Source of the DNA: an uncultured Bacteroidota bacterium | GTDB lineage: Bacteria; Bacteroidota; Bacteroidia; Bacteroidales; 4484-276 | Assembly (NCBI GenBank): GCA_903944895.1 | Contig: CAJATL010000226.1 | Span: 7,762-71,761 of the forward strand | Length of the DNA stretch: 64,000 nucleotides | Direction: 5' to 3' | In this document: one piece after another, positions 52,737 to 61,673 of the stretch | How the letters are laid out: each line of letters opens with the position of its first letter | How positions within the stretch are numbered: position 1 is the first letter of the stretch | Position numbers and translations under genes: made by a program | Notes under the pieces: model-generated | What the model saw: the letters and a program-made list of their open reading frames with translations, nothing else | Databases searched by the model: none | What the model was told of the DNA's origin: nothing

Positions 52737-53516
52737 TTAGAACGGTAAATCATCTGTTGGTTCTGGCGGGATTTCGTCCATCGGTGGAGGTGGCGCATTC
52801 ATATCATCACCATCGTAATAAGAATTTTCTTTTTTCGCTGACCGCGATGTTTCCTGTTTTTGTGGGCGATCACCCTGACCAACATTCACACCCTTTTCGT
52901 TAATGCGCTCATTCCATACCTCGAAATAGGCTTTCAGGTATTCCTGCAGTTCCTTGTCAAGTACTAAGGATTTTTGTTCTGTCTCTGTGGTGGCTGTTGT
53001 TATTTTGAAGACAGGGTACATATACCCTTCATCGTCGGGTTGTGTTGCGCCTTCACACAATACCGCGCCATCCCATACCTTTGATTCAATGCTTCCCCAT
53101 GCGCTGATTGCTTTACCATGAAGCTCAAGTTTGGCAATCTCCATGCCTGTTTTCGTCTCTTTACTTGGGATCATGGCAAAGATTACTTTAGTCCATCTTC
53201 CACCATAGCCCCGCAGTGGTTCTTTAAGAGTTTCCCAGAATCCGCTTCGGGGGAATCCGTTTACTCCTTTTACGTTCACCACGAAATACTGTGGCTCGAA
53301 CTGCCTCACCATGTTACTGGTCACCTGTGTTTTGTCTGCTTTGTAGTAACCGGTTACCTGACTCAACATATCCAATACCAAAAACCTGAACGGAAATTTA
53401 ATTTCCTGTGGTTCCATCTCTTTGGCTCTAACCATAAACTTACCAGTTTTGGCGTTCCAACTAATGTACTTTGTGACCGGGCTAAGTACCGAAGCCGCTC
53501 TGTTTGATCTGCTCAT
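52737..53516 (-). CDS. ssb: single-stranded DNA-binding protein-like (acidic C-terminal tail ending DDLPF) (259 aa)
   Basis: C-terminus PPPPMDEIPPEPTDDLPF resembles the SSB / T7 gp2.5-type acidic tail with a terminal Phe. Confidence 0.55.
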   Translation of the reverse strand: MSRSNRAASVLSPVTKYISWNAKTGKFMVRAKEMEPQEIKFPFRFLVLDMLSQVTGYYKADKTQVTSNMVRQFEPQYFVVNVKGVNGFPRSGFWETLKEPLRGYGGRWTKVIFAMIPSKETKTGMEIAKLELHGKAISAWGSIESKVWDGAVLCEGATQPDDEGYMYPVFKITTATTETEQKSLVLDKELQEYLKAYFEVWNERINEKGVNVGQGDRPQKQETSRSAKKENSYYDGDDMNAPPPPMDEIPPEPTDDLPF

Positions 53517-53537
53517 TTTACTTGTTATTTTAAATTA

Positions 53538-54224
53538 TTAATAAATAGACCATTGCATAGCCATTGCGTTTGCAACGCCTTCATAGGTTTTACTTCTTAT
53601 CTTTGCTCTGTCGGGTGATGGCCTGAGTTTGTTTTGTCCTGATGGTGTTTGGTTTTCCCATATTGGTTTTGCCGGCGATTTACAGCAGCCATAAACCCCA
53701 AGTTGGGCATCAAAAACGCTACCGCATTTTGTACATCTATACCTTTTTACCTCCGCGATTTCACCAGTAGGTACCAGCTTGGGAAGATTCTTTAACCACA
53801 GGCATGTCTTCTTACTTTCTGGGTGTCCGTACTCGTATGGCTGTATGATCTGATCCGGCTTCCGGTATCTGGTGTTCATTACCCCGATGGGGTTCTCTAT
53901 TGCGATCCGTTCAGCGGGGGCGCTGACAAATTCCATAAAAAACGCTTGGGCTTTTGCTTGGTGTTCCCGGGCTTCTTGTATGGTGTACTTACTGCAACCC
54001 CTGTTCAGGTAGGTGTTGGCTACCGTTAAAAATGTGTAGGGAGGATGGGCTATTACCAAATCCCAATACGACCATTTTAAGTATTCCAGCACATCTCCTT
54101 GGAAGTGCCATTCCGGGTGTCCTCCTGATGGTGCTTCGAGGTCACATGAATAGGCTTCATGTCCGGCCAGTCTAAATGCTTTTGTCACTATCTGCGATTC
54201 TTCACATGCTACCAGTACTTTCAT
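53538..54224 (-). CDS. phage C5-cytosine-methyltransferase-like protein with PPY in place of the expected PPC (228 aa)
   Basis: MKVLVACEESQIVTKAFRLAGHEAYSCDL, VIAHPPYTF, IAIENP and GVANAMAMQW resemble a phage methylase-like family as I recall it. Confidence 0.4.
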   Translation of the reverse strand: MKVLVACEESQIVTKAFRLAGHEAYSCDLEAPSGGHPEWHFQGDVLEYLKWSYWDLVIAHPPYTFLTVANTYLNRGCSKYTIQEAREHQAKAQAFFMEFVSAPAERIAIENPIGVMNTRYRKPDQIIQPYEYGHPESKKTCLWLKNLPKLVPTGEIAEVKRYRCTKCGSVFDAQLGVYGCCKSPAKPIWENQTPSGQNKLRPSPDRAKIRSKTYEGVANAMAMQWSIY

Positions 54225-54245
54225 TCGTTTAGTTTTTGAAATATG

Positions 54246-54485
54246 TTATTTTAAAATGTAAACCTTTCGATAAACCTTTCCATTAACTTTCACCTCCTCT
54301 TGTTTATGTCTTCCCATTGATAAAAGTTCCGTTTTATTGCAAATATTTTCTATTCGCTTTTGTTCGTAATATGTCTCTGCAAATTCAATTAATTGATTTG
54401 CCGTAAACATTTCTTCATCCATATCATCAACCCCAACCACTGTGTTTTTGAAAAATTCTTCTGCTGTCATTCTTTTAACCTCCAT
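54246..54485 (-). CDS. hypothetical protein (79 aa)
   Basis: Track ORF. Confidence 0.5.
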   Translation of the reverse strand: MEVKRMTAEEFFKNTVVGVDDMDEEMFTANQLIEFAETYYEQKRIENICNKTELLSMGRHKQEEVKVNGKVYRKVYILK

Positions 54486-54694
54486 AATATTGCTTCTTTA
54501 CCATAGCGCTCCATCTTTTTGCCGCCCCTAATCACCTTCCGAACTCCGGGTGATGATAATACACTTAATGAATGGCTGATCCTGTTTATTTGCGTTGAGG
54601 GGTATTTCATGTTGTAAATATCCCTGATCTCGAGTGCGGTTAATGGCTTTGCCTTTAACTTCATTATGTCCAGTACTTTTTCTTCTATCGTCAT
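54467..54694 (-). CDS. small winged-helix-like protein (75 aa)
   Basis: Track ORF. LTALEIRDIY...QINRISHSLSVLSSPG is HTH-like. Confidence 0.45.
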   Translation of the reverse strand: MTIEEKVLDIMKLKAKPLTALEIRDIYNMKYPSTQINRISHSLSVLSSPGVRKVIRGGKKMERYGKEAILWRLKE

Positions 54695-55047
54695 ACTGAT
54701 CTCCTTCTTTCTCTTTTTCTATCTGATTTGTCCGTTTTTACTTGAAGTGTTTCTTCTGTTTCAATGAATCTTCTTAATGTCAGGTTTTCAATTATTGCTG
54801 CCAGGAAATATCTGTTTGTTACTTCGGTGTAACAGTCCATGGTGCCGGTCATGTCTTTTACCGTTACCTTACCCCCAAGCATCTCAACTGAAAGCCCGTA
54901 AATGCAATACCTGATCTTTGTGTTGTCATTTACAAATACCGGTCTTTTTTGATCGGGATCACCGATTGATACCGGTGGGTGTTCGTCAACAAGTAGGTCA
55001 AAGATCATCTGTTTTAGTACAGTGGCCTTTAGTTCTATTAGTTTCAT
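54691..55047 (-). CDS. hypothetical protein (118 aa)
   Basis: Track ORF, overlap-coupled. Confidence 0.55.
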   Translation of the reverse strand: MKLIELKATVLKQMIFDLLVDEHPPVSIGDPDQKRPVFVNDNTKIRYCIYGLSVEMLGGKVTVKDMTGTMDCYTEVTNRYFLAAIIENLTLRRFIETEETLQVKTDKSDRKRERRRSV

Positions 55048-55286
55048 TCAAACTGTTTTGTTACTGTGTTTAAATCCTCACTAAATGATACGTGAATCAA
55101 ATGTTCCTGATACAAGTTCATAATTGTTTCCCGCACCGCTTCCTGATACTTTGGCTTGCCAATGCCAATCCATGTGATCATTATTGTTTGCCCTACTTCC
55201 ATATCGGTAAACAGCGTTAAAATGTTATCCTTTAGCTCGTCTCTACTTTTAGCTTCAAAAATAGCCTTTTTAAACGAATCTATCAT
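55044..55286 (-). CDS. hypothetical protein (80 aa)
   Basis: Track ORF, overlap-coupled. Confidence 0.55.
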   Translation of the reverse strand: MIDSFKKAIFEAKSRDELKDNILTLFTDMEVGQTIMITWIGIGKPKYQEAVRETIMNLYQEHLIHVSFSEDLNTVTKQFE

Positions 55287-55290
55287 ATTA

Positions 55291-55500
55291 TCATGCTAAA
55301 ATTGTCACTTTCGTAATTCTTTCTGCAGGAGCGTCCGGAAAGTCACCGATGTTGAAAGCTGCGATTCTTTCTGTTGTAATCTTGCGTTTATAATAGACTG
55401 CGGAAGCGGTCATTTGCTTGTCGTCCTTCTGGGTGTAAAATACGTCCCCGGGAACGCCGTTTTTCATCCACCATGTTTCTGATAATTCTGTTTTTGACAT
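55291..55500 (-). CDS. hypothetical protein (69 aa)
   Basis: Track ORF. Confidence 0.5.
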   Translation of the reverse strand: MSKTELSETWWMKNGVPGDVFYTQKDDKQMTASAVYYKRKITTERIAAFNIGDFPDAPAERITKVTILA

Positions 55501-55516
55501 AATTTATAATTTTAAG

Positions 55517-55720
55517 TTAAACAATCCATCCATGTTCTTTAGCGCAAATTTTAGCGTTTTTCTTTACCTTAAACCATCCATCGACGATATTTTCCAAGTC
55601 CGGACATTTTGGCCATAGTAAGTAGAATCCAATTCCGGCCATGTGCTTAATTTCAAGCTTAGTGCCTTTTGGTGGGTTATCAAGCCCAAGTGATTCCCGA
55701 TAAGTCTTTTTGTCTCTCAT
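55517..55720 (-). CDS. hypothetical protein (67 aa)
   Basis: Track ORF. Confidence 0.5.
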   Translation of the reverse strand: MRDKKTYRESLGLDNPPKGTKLEIKHMAGIGFYLLWPKCPDLENIVDGWFKVKKNAKICAKEHGWIV

Positions 55721-55939
55721 TCATTGTTCTGGTATTATTTCCACATTCCAGTTAATATCTCCAATTATAGCTACCTTGATTAGCGTCTCACCAGCGAAAT
55801 CAAACCATCCGTCAGTCAATACGTCGCTATCAGGTTTTTTCGCAGTTATTTTCCAGATCATATCCCCAGCGCCTCCGAAGAATATCACCACTGGCTACAA
55901 CCACTGATCATTATTTCCATCCCAAATTTTTACTTTCAT
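55721..55939 (-). CDS. small protein interrupted by one in-frame TAG (55895-55897); alternatively a 56-aa GTG-start gene
   Basis: Own codon-by-codon translation: MKVKIWDGNNDQWL-TAG-PVVIFFGGAGDMIWKITAKKPDSDVLTDGWFDFAGETLIKVAIIGDINWNVEIIPEQ. ATGA overlap upstream; TGAATG junction downstream. Confidence 0.45.
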
Positions 55940-56151
55940 TCTGCATCCCTCCTTACAACTTGATTATCATCGTCGTCGTGTTCCCAGCAATTTGAGCAAT
56001 AATGGCTGTGATCTATTTCAGCCCAGCCCATTTCCTCTGCACATTCCCACGCATACTCTTTATCGTTCCAACCAACGTTATCCTCTTCATCACTCGATTC
56101 TTTCTTACACTTATCGCAGATGTAACTGTAAACCTTTGTTTCTTTAAGCAT
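55936..56151 (-). CDS. zinc-ribbon-like small protein (71 aa)
   Basis: CDKCKK ... CSNCW. Confidence 0.55.
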   Translation of the reverse strand: MLKETKVYSYICDKCKKESSDEEDNVGWNDKEYAWECAEEMGWAEIDHSHYCSNCWEHDDDDNQVVRRDAE

Positions 56152-56368
56152 TTTTCGTTAAATTTTTATTTGGTTCGTAATATGGACAATCTTCATCCTG
56201 CATATTTTTTGCAGCTTCACCGTAAAACCATGTTCGGCGGCATTTCACCGGCGCGTTTCTATCGGGACTTTTACAGTAAACAGCATGACCGCTTACCAGC
56301 TTCCCAAATTTACACTTCTGGTTAAATTCTCCGCCTTCGCATAGTTCGTTTAATGTTAGTTCTTCCAT
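56144..56368 (-). CDS. hypothetical Cys-containing protein (74 aa)
   Basis: Track ORF. Confidence 0.5.
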   Translation of the reverse strand: MEELTLNELCEGGEFNQKCKFGKLVSGHAVYCKSPDRNAPVKCRRTWFYGEAAKNMQDEDCPYYEPNKNLTKNA

Positions 56369-56372
56369 TTAT

Positions 56373-56678
56373 TTAAAATTCAAGTGGTGAGCTAATTTCG
56401 GTTATAGTGTAATGAATTTCAGGCTCCGCGCCTACGCGAAAGTACTTTACAACACCATCCTTTTCAATATTAATGTTAATGGTGTCATTCATTAAATCAC
56501 ATTCACTTCCGTTATACCACTTTCCATATTCCAGTGCCGCGTCTTCGTGGCTTGATCCCCTAACTGCTTTCGGATCCTCTCCTAAATAATCTTCGTGGTA
56601 CGCAAAATAAATGGGCCTACATTCTGATTCAGTCCAATGCCAATCAAGGCATTTTTCACATCTTCCAAATTTGTTCAT
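56373..56678 (-). CDS. hypothetical protein (101 aa from ATG 56678)
   Basis: Track ORF 56373..56726, trimmed. AAGGAGG Shine-Dalgarno 7 nt upstream of 56678. Confidence 0.55.
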   Translation of the reverse strand: MNKFGRCEKCLDWHWTESECRPIYFAYHEDYLGEDPKAVRGSSHEDAALEYGKWYNGSECDLMNDTININIEKDGVVKYFRVGAEPEIHYTITEISSPLEF

Positions 56679-56691
56679 AGTTTTACCTCCT

Positions 56692-58131
56692 TTAAAATGG
56701 CATGTCCCCCACTGGAACATCTTCAATTGACATTTGTGTTTGATTTTCTGCTCCGGGTTCCCGGAAATTATAAAAGTGTGATATCGCTAAATTGGTTCTC
56801 ATGGCAATTCGACCAATGGCTCCGTTACGGTGCTTGTCGATTTTTCCGATACAGATATTCTTTGATGAAATATTTGTACCCTCGTAATCAATTTCGTCAA
56901 TATTGTATGCTTCTGGCCTGTACAAGAACAGTACGATATCAGCATCCTGCTCGATGGCTCCGCTCTCACGTAAATCAAAGAGTTTTGGTTCTGGTGGGCT
57001 GCGCTTCTCACAATCCCTGTTAAGTTGTGATAAGGCGATTATCGGAATATCAAGCTCCTTGGCCAGTTGTTTTAATCCTCTGGACATCTCACTTACCTCC
57101 GCTTCCCTGTTTGAGTACTTTCCTCCGGTGCTGCCGATCAATTGAATGTAATCAACGATGATAAGCTTTACATCATCCGAACTTTTCCATTCGATTGCTT
57201 TGGCTCTTATGGTGGAAATTGAAATTGCTGCCCTGTAGTCAATGCGAATAGGAGCCTCTCTGATGATTTCTGTGGCTTCGATAAGCCTTGATATCTCATA
57301 GTCTGAAATATTGCCTCTCTGTGCGCGTGATCCACTCACACCGGATATCATTGATTTAAGCCTTACTTCTAATTGTGGTGCGCTCATTTCAAGTGAGAAC
57401 ATTCCTACTGGTAGCTTCTGGTCGATGGCCAGGTTTTTCATTACAGTCAGGGCAAATGCAGTCTTCCCCATCCCGGGCCTTGCCGCCACTACAATTAGGT
57501 CTGGCGCGATCAACCCATTTATTACATTGTCGAGGTCGATAAGCATTGTTGAGGTACCGAATCGCTGTATCTCGCCGGACTTGATTTTGATGATCAGTTC
57601 CATGTTGTCGTCAGCAATTGTTTTGATGGAAACTTCCTGTGCAAATCCCCTGTTAAGCTGGATGATGGCCACTGATAATTTTTCGATCAACCCATTGATG
57701 TCTTCTGTGTCATTATACGCCTGTGATCCGGTTTCGTGGCAAAGCTCTATGGTTTTTCTCCTGATGTATTTGCTTAGTACGATATTGATATGTTCTTCCA
57801 GATTGGATATGGCGAATCCCCCCACCTTTCTGGTAACTTGTGCTACCTCAAACGGTCCACCGGCTATTTCCAGTGTGTTTGATTCTTTGAGTTTGTGAAC
57901 GATGGTAAGCATGTCAACCGGCTTGCTGGCGTTAAACAAATCAACACACGCCTGAAACAATGCCTTGTGGGCTTCGGTGTAAAAGTGTTTTGCTTCGAGG
58001 ATTGGAATAACCGCCCTCATTGCCCTTTCATCTAAAATGATGGCACCAAGTATAGCTTCCTCCACGTCAGTTGCCTGTGGGGGTATTTTCCCATACTCAA
58101 AACTCAAATCTATTCCGTCCCTTTTAACCAT
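56692..58131 (-). CDS. dnaB: replicative DNA helicase, DnaB family (479 aa)
   Basis: Walker A AARPGMGKTAFAL. Walker B LIIVDYIQL. An N-terminal DnaB-like helical domain. Confidence 0.85.
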   Translation of the reverse strand: MVKRDGIDLSFEYGKIPPQATDVEEAILGAIILDERAMRAVIPILEAKHFYTEAHKALFQACVDLFNASKPVDMLTIVHKLKESNTLEIAGGPFEVAQVTRKVGGFAISNLEEHINIVLSKYIRRKTIELCHETGSQAYNDTEDINGLIEKLSVAIIQLNRGFAQEVSIKTIADDNMELIIKIKSGEIQRFGTSTMLIDLDNVINGLIAPDLIVVAARPGMGKTAFALTVMKNLAIDQKLPVGMFSLEMSAPQLEVRLKSMISGVSGSRAQRGNISDYEISRLIEATEIIREAPIRIDYRAAISISTIRAKAIEWKSSDDVKLIIVDYIQLIGSTGGKYSNREAEVSEMSRGLKQLAKELDIPIIALSQLNRDCEKRSPPEPKLFDLRESGAIEQDADIVLFLYRPEAYNIDEIDYEGTNISSKNICIGKIDKHRNGAIGRIAMRTNLAISHFYNFREPGAENQTQMSIEDVPVGDMPF

Positions 58132-58544
58132 GTTTCTTTTTTTACCTCGTTCTTTACTTCTTTCTCGGCTTCCTTAAACACTTCATCGTAAAACTTCTTG
58201 CGAAGCAGGTACTTTCTTGGGCTGCACAAGTACTGCTTGTCGGGCCACTGCGTCAACCACTTCGGGATGTGGGCTATTGCGATCTCCCTTTCTTCGTCGG
58301 TGAGGTTAAACCAAAGTCTTTTTGATTCCTCCCTGTCCACCTTTTTTCCATAAGCAAACCAGAATGTGTCGAATCCGATATTTACCTCTTTGATGTTTTT
58401 CTTGATTTTGTAATCAAGGTTTTTGAGAACATAAAGAATGTCTTTATCCCTGACATCAACAACATTCTGGTGCTTTTCCCGAAACTCTATCCGGGCTGTC
58501 TGGAAGTCTATCAACTCCTGTAATCTTTTTACTGATAAGTTCAT
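58110..58544 (-). CDS. hypothetical protein upstream of DnaB (144 aa)
   Basis: Track ORF. By position only, a possible initiator or loader. Confidence 0.5.
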   Translation of the reverse strand: MNLSVKRLQELIDFQTARIEFREKHQNVVDVRDKDILYVLKNLDYKIKKNIKEVNIGFDTFWFAYGKKVDREESKRLWFNLTDEEREIAIAHIPKWLTQWPDKQYLCSPRKYLLRKKFYDEVFKEAEKEVKNEVKKETWLKGTE

Positions 58545-59512
58545 TGTGTTGTGTGTTGAAACATTCCAAGTTCTGTACTTAATCGCTTGTTTGCGATACT
58601 GATGTAGTCAGGGTTTAATTCAAAACCCACGTAATTCCTGTTTAACTTCCTACTTACCAAGGCCGTGGTACCGGCACCCATAAATGGGTCAAGGACTAAT
58701 CCAGCTTCCGGGCAACCTGCTTTTATCATATCAACAATCAATTCTTCTGGAAAAGTAGCGAAGTGCGCTCCTCTGAATGATTTGGTGTTTACCGTCCATA
58801 CTGAACGTTTGTTGCGAATCATTTCACCGGCATCGTTCTTATTCCATCTTTCATGTGCGCCAGAAGCTACTGTTTGTGATGTTCCATTTGGCATGATATG
58901 ATTTTTGTATTTCTCCGATCCTTTCATTACAGTATCTTTACGTCCATCGTAGTTGGCCAGTTCTTGTATGGCTACATTATCGAAGTAATACTGTTTGCTT
59001 TTACTCAACAGGAAAATGTACTCATGTGATTTTGTACACCTGTCGGTTACACTTTCGGGCATTGGGTTTGGTTTGTGCCAGATAATATCTTGGCGTAAAT
59101 ACCAACCATCGGCACGAAGGGCAAAGGCTACCATCCAAGGAATACCGATAAGGTCTTTTGGTTTACACTCTGTTATTATTTTAATGCCAGAAATATTTGT
59201 GCCGTTATTTGTCTTTTGTTTTGATCCGGGGTTGTTGTTATTATTTCTCCACCCCGCACCGGCGTAACTATCCCCCAAATTCAACCACAACGTACCATCA
59301 TCCTTCAATACCCGCTTTACTTCCCTGAATACCTCAACCAGTTTAGCAACAAAAGCCTCCGGTGTTTCTTCAAGCCCTATCTGTGCATCATTTCCATAAT
59401 CACGCAATCCGTAATACGGAGGCGATGTTACGCAACAGTTTACTGATTTACCCGGGATGCCAGCTAAACCAATTAAACAGTCAGTATTTATGATTTGGTT
59501 TATCATAATCAA
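58541..59512 (-). CDS. DNA methyltransferase, N4-C/N6-A beta class (SPPY) (323 aa)
   Basis: Motif IV CCVTSPPYYGLRDYG. Motif I VLDPFMGAGTTALV at the C-terminus. Confidence 0.8.
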   Translation of the reverse strand: MIMINQIINTDCLIGLAGIPGKSVNCCVTSPPYYGLRDYGNDAQIGLEETPEAFVAKLVEVFREVKRVLKDDGTLWLNLGDSYAGAGWRNNNNNPGSKQKTNNGTNISGIKIITECKPKDLIGIPWMVAFALRADGWYLRQDIIWHKPNPMPESVTDRCTKSHEYIFLLSKSKQYYFDNVAIQELANYDGRKDTVMKGSEKYKNHIMPNGTSQTVASGAHERWNKNDAGEMIRNKRSVWTVNTKSFRGAHFATFPEELIVDMIKAGCPEAGLVLDPFMGAGTTALVSRKLNRNYVGFELNPDYISIANKRLSTELGMFQHTTQ

Positions 59513-59871
59513 TTAAATCCGTCTTTCTGGTAATTCTCAACGTGAGGTTCCGGAGCCTCCTTAAGGCCTTCTAATGATTTAATGATCTTCTTTGCGATCA
59601 TCTCATTTACTGCAGTATCTATATCATCACTGGTAATGTTAACCTTAAGGTCTTCGTCAACCGTAACAATAAACTTCCTTTCGTTGACGTGATCGGTATG
59701 AATCCGATCTGTTTTTGAATAATTTGGTACAAACCAATCCTTCCTGCACTCTGCCGGGTATTCCAAGATGTCTTTACCGGTTGCCTCGATCAATTCTTCT
59801 TCACTGATCACACTTCCTGCTGCTGCCTCGAACATAGGGGTGATCAAAGTTCTTTTCAATTTAATTTTCAT
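59509..59871 (-). CDS. hypothetical protein (120 aa)
   Basis: Track ORF with a 4-nt overlap. Confidence 0.55.
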   Translation of the reverse strand: MKIKLKRTLITPMFEAAAGSVISEEELIEATGKDILEYPAECRKDWFVPNYSKTDRIHTDHVNERKFIVTVDEDLKVNITSDDIDTAVNEMIAKKIIKSLEGLKEAPEPHVENYQKDGFN

Positions 59872-59883
59872 CGCTTTTAATTT

Positions 59884-60981
59884 TTAAGTTATCATATTCA
59901 TATCAACATATCCTTGTGCTGTTGCGGTGCTTGTAATGCCACCGGCCTTCATTACTGACCAAACATTACCGGTTTCTCTGGCTGTTTTAGTCAGGAAGGT
60001 GTGCCTTGAAACGTGAAACGTCAAAGGGCTTTCTAATTCCAGATTAGCATACTTTTCTATACTTTTCAATAAGATGTTTACCTCAACATTGCTTACCTTT
60101 TTGAATAGTCCAGGAAAATTATATTCAATCAGGTCTGATACAACATACCACCTATCCACCTCACACTTTATCCCACGATTCGCAATTTTCTTCATCTCTC
60201 CTATTATGATGAACATCTTTCCGTCGATGTACTTGATATTACTTTCGTTCAACGTCGAAACGTCACTGTACCTTAGTCCGGTTGCACAGGAAATTAGAAA
60301 CATATCTCTGGCCTTGGATTGTGGCAATTCTCTGATAGCCGCTACCTGTTCATCGGTCAACGCGAACTTGTTTTTAGTGATTCTTTTTACCTTGTATTTG
60401 AAGTAAGGATTCTTTTGAAGATATCCGGCAGCAATAGCTTGGTTAATGAAAGCCTTGAAGTGCTTGTTGAACTTCCAGATGGTATTCACGGCAAACCCTT
60501 TTTTATTGATGAAATCATTAAAGCGATCCAGCGTGAAGGTATCAAGGTCGCTCATGTAAACAGTGCCGAATTTTTCCAGTATTCTTACAAACCCCATACG
60601 ATCAACATAGGTAGACGCCCTGATACCTCCTTTTATTGATGCCTTACGGCAGAAATCATTAAAGGTGAGTTTTTTATCAATGGCGTATCTGATTGAATTT
60701 GGATTGAAGACCTTGCCGGTTAACCTGTGTTCCTCCTTCATGTTTTCATAAACAGAAAGGGCTTTACGGATCAGTTCATTGGCCTTCATGTAGTCCCTCT
60801 CTCGAGAAGTAACAAACCCCTCTCCCCAATCTGGCTTCCGGCACCAAGCTCCTGTTGCACGGTAAACCGTTTTTTGTTGATCGGGGAAATAAACCCTTAC
60901 ATACACTTGGATTTTATGGTACTCATCCTCCTCCCCGAAAAGAACGGGAGTTATTTTAGCTTCTAAGATACGTGCTGGCAT
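59884..60981 (-). CDS. int: tyrosine recombinase/integrase (365 aa)
   Basis: ATGLRYSDV (Arg), HVSRHTF (H..R.H) and TAQGYVD (Tyr). Confidence 0.8.
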   Translation of the reverse strand: MPARILEAKITPVLFGEEDEYHKIQVYVRVYFPDQQKTVYRATGAWCRKPDWGEGFVTSRERDYMKANELIRKALSVYENMKEEHRLTGKVFNPNSIRYAIDKKLTFNDFCRKASIKGGIRASTYVDRMGFVRILEKFGTVYMSDLDTFTLDRFNDFINKKGFAVNTIWKFNKHFKAFINQAIAAGYLQKNPYFKYKVKRITKNKFALTDEQVAAIRELPQSKARDMFLISCATGLRYSDVSTLNESNIKYIDGKMFIIIGEMKKIANRGIKCEVDRWYVVSDLIEYNFPGLFKKVSNVEVNILLKSIEKYANLELESPLTFHVSRHTFLTKTARETGNVWSVMKAGGITSTATAQGYVDMNMIT

Positions 60982-61081
60982 GTTTTTTTTGTCGTTTGCA
61001 TTAACGCTACAAAATTAATCAATACACAATACCAAGGCTGTTAAAATTCGTTAATGTTTATTAATGGGATTTGGTTAAATG

Positions 61082-61110
61082 AAAAAACCCCAGCCATTGA
61101 AGGGTGGGGC
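61082..61110 (-). terminator. intrinsic terminator
   Basis: Minus strand: CCCCACCC-ttcaatgg-CTGGGG followed by T6. Confidence 0.6.
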
Positions 61111-61202
61111 CTTAACAAGTACATGATGCGGCAAGATCAGAATAGCAGTCCGAGCCACAAAAGTATTACCTGCTACAATGTTTTGTTTTTTTATTTGAAT
61201 AA

Positions 61203-61673
61203 TTATGGTAAGAGCCTTCGTCCCAGGTAAACAATATATCCTCCCACCAATAACCCGGCAAGAAATGGGATGTACCAAACATAAGTTCTTTTTTTTGTAA
61301 TGATTGTATCGTTAGTGGACTTGGTTAAATTGTATTTTGCAGTAAGCCGCTCCTCCGCCTGCCGGATGATGGCTGAACTGTCAACACTTACCAGTATCTC
61401 AATGGTGTTGTTTTTAAATACAGTGCTTATCTTCATCTTGCCCTTTTCCTCGTCAAGCTGCCTGATAAGAACATTACCCAGGCTGTCGCACTCGAAGTAA
61501 GCCTTAATTGATGTACTGTCTGCCGGGGTAACAATGGTATCATATTTCGTGATTAACTTCTCGCTGTACACCACACTGTCAACCTTGACATACTGCGTTG
61601 ATACCGTTTGCTTGGTCTTACACCCAAACATCATCACGACACTCATTAAAACAAATAGCTTAAGTATTCTCAT
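61203..61673 (-). CDS. lipoprotein with C-terminal TM segment, u-spanin-like architecture (156 aa from ATG 61673)
   Basis: MRILKLFVLMSVVMMFGC lipobox. C-terminal WYIPFLAGLLVGGYIVYLGRRLLP. Confidence 0.5.
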   Translation of the reverse strand: MRILKLFVLMSVVMMFGCKTKQTVSTQYVKVDSVVYSEKLITKYDTIVTPADSTSIKAYFECDSLGNVLIRQLDEEKGKMKISTVFKNNTIEILVSVDSSAIIRQAEERLTAKYNLTKSTNDTIITKKRTYVWYIPFLAGLLVGGYIVYLGRRLLP

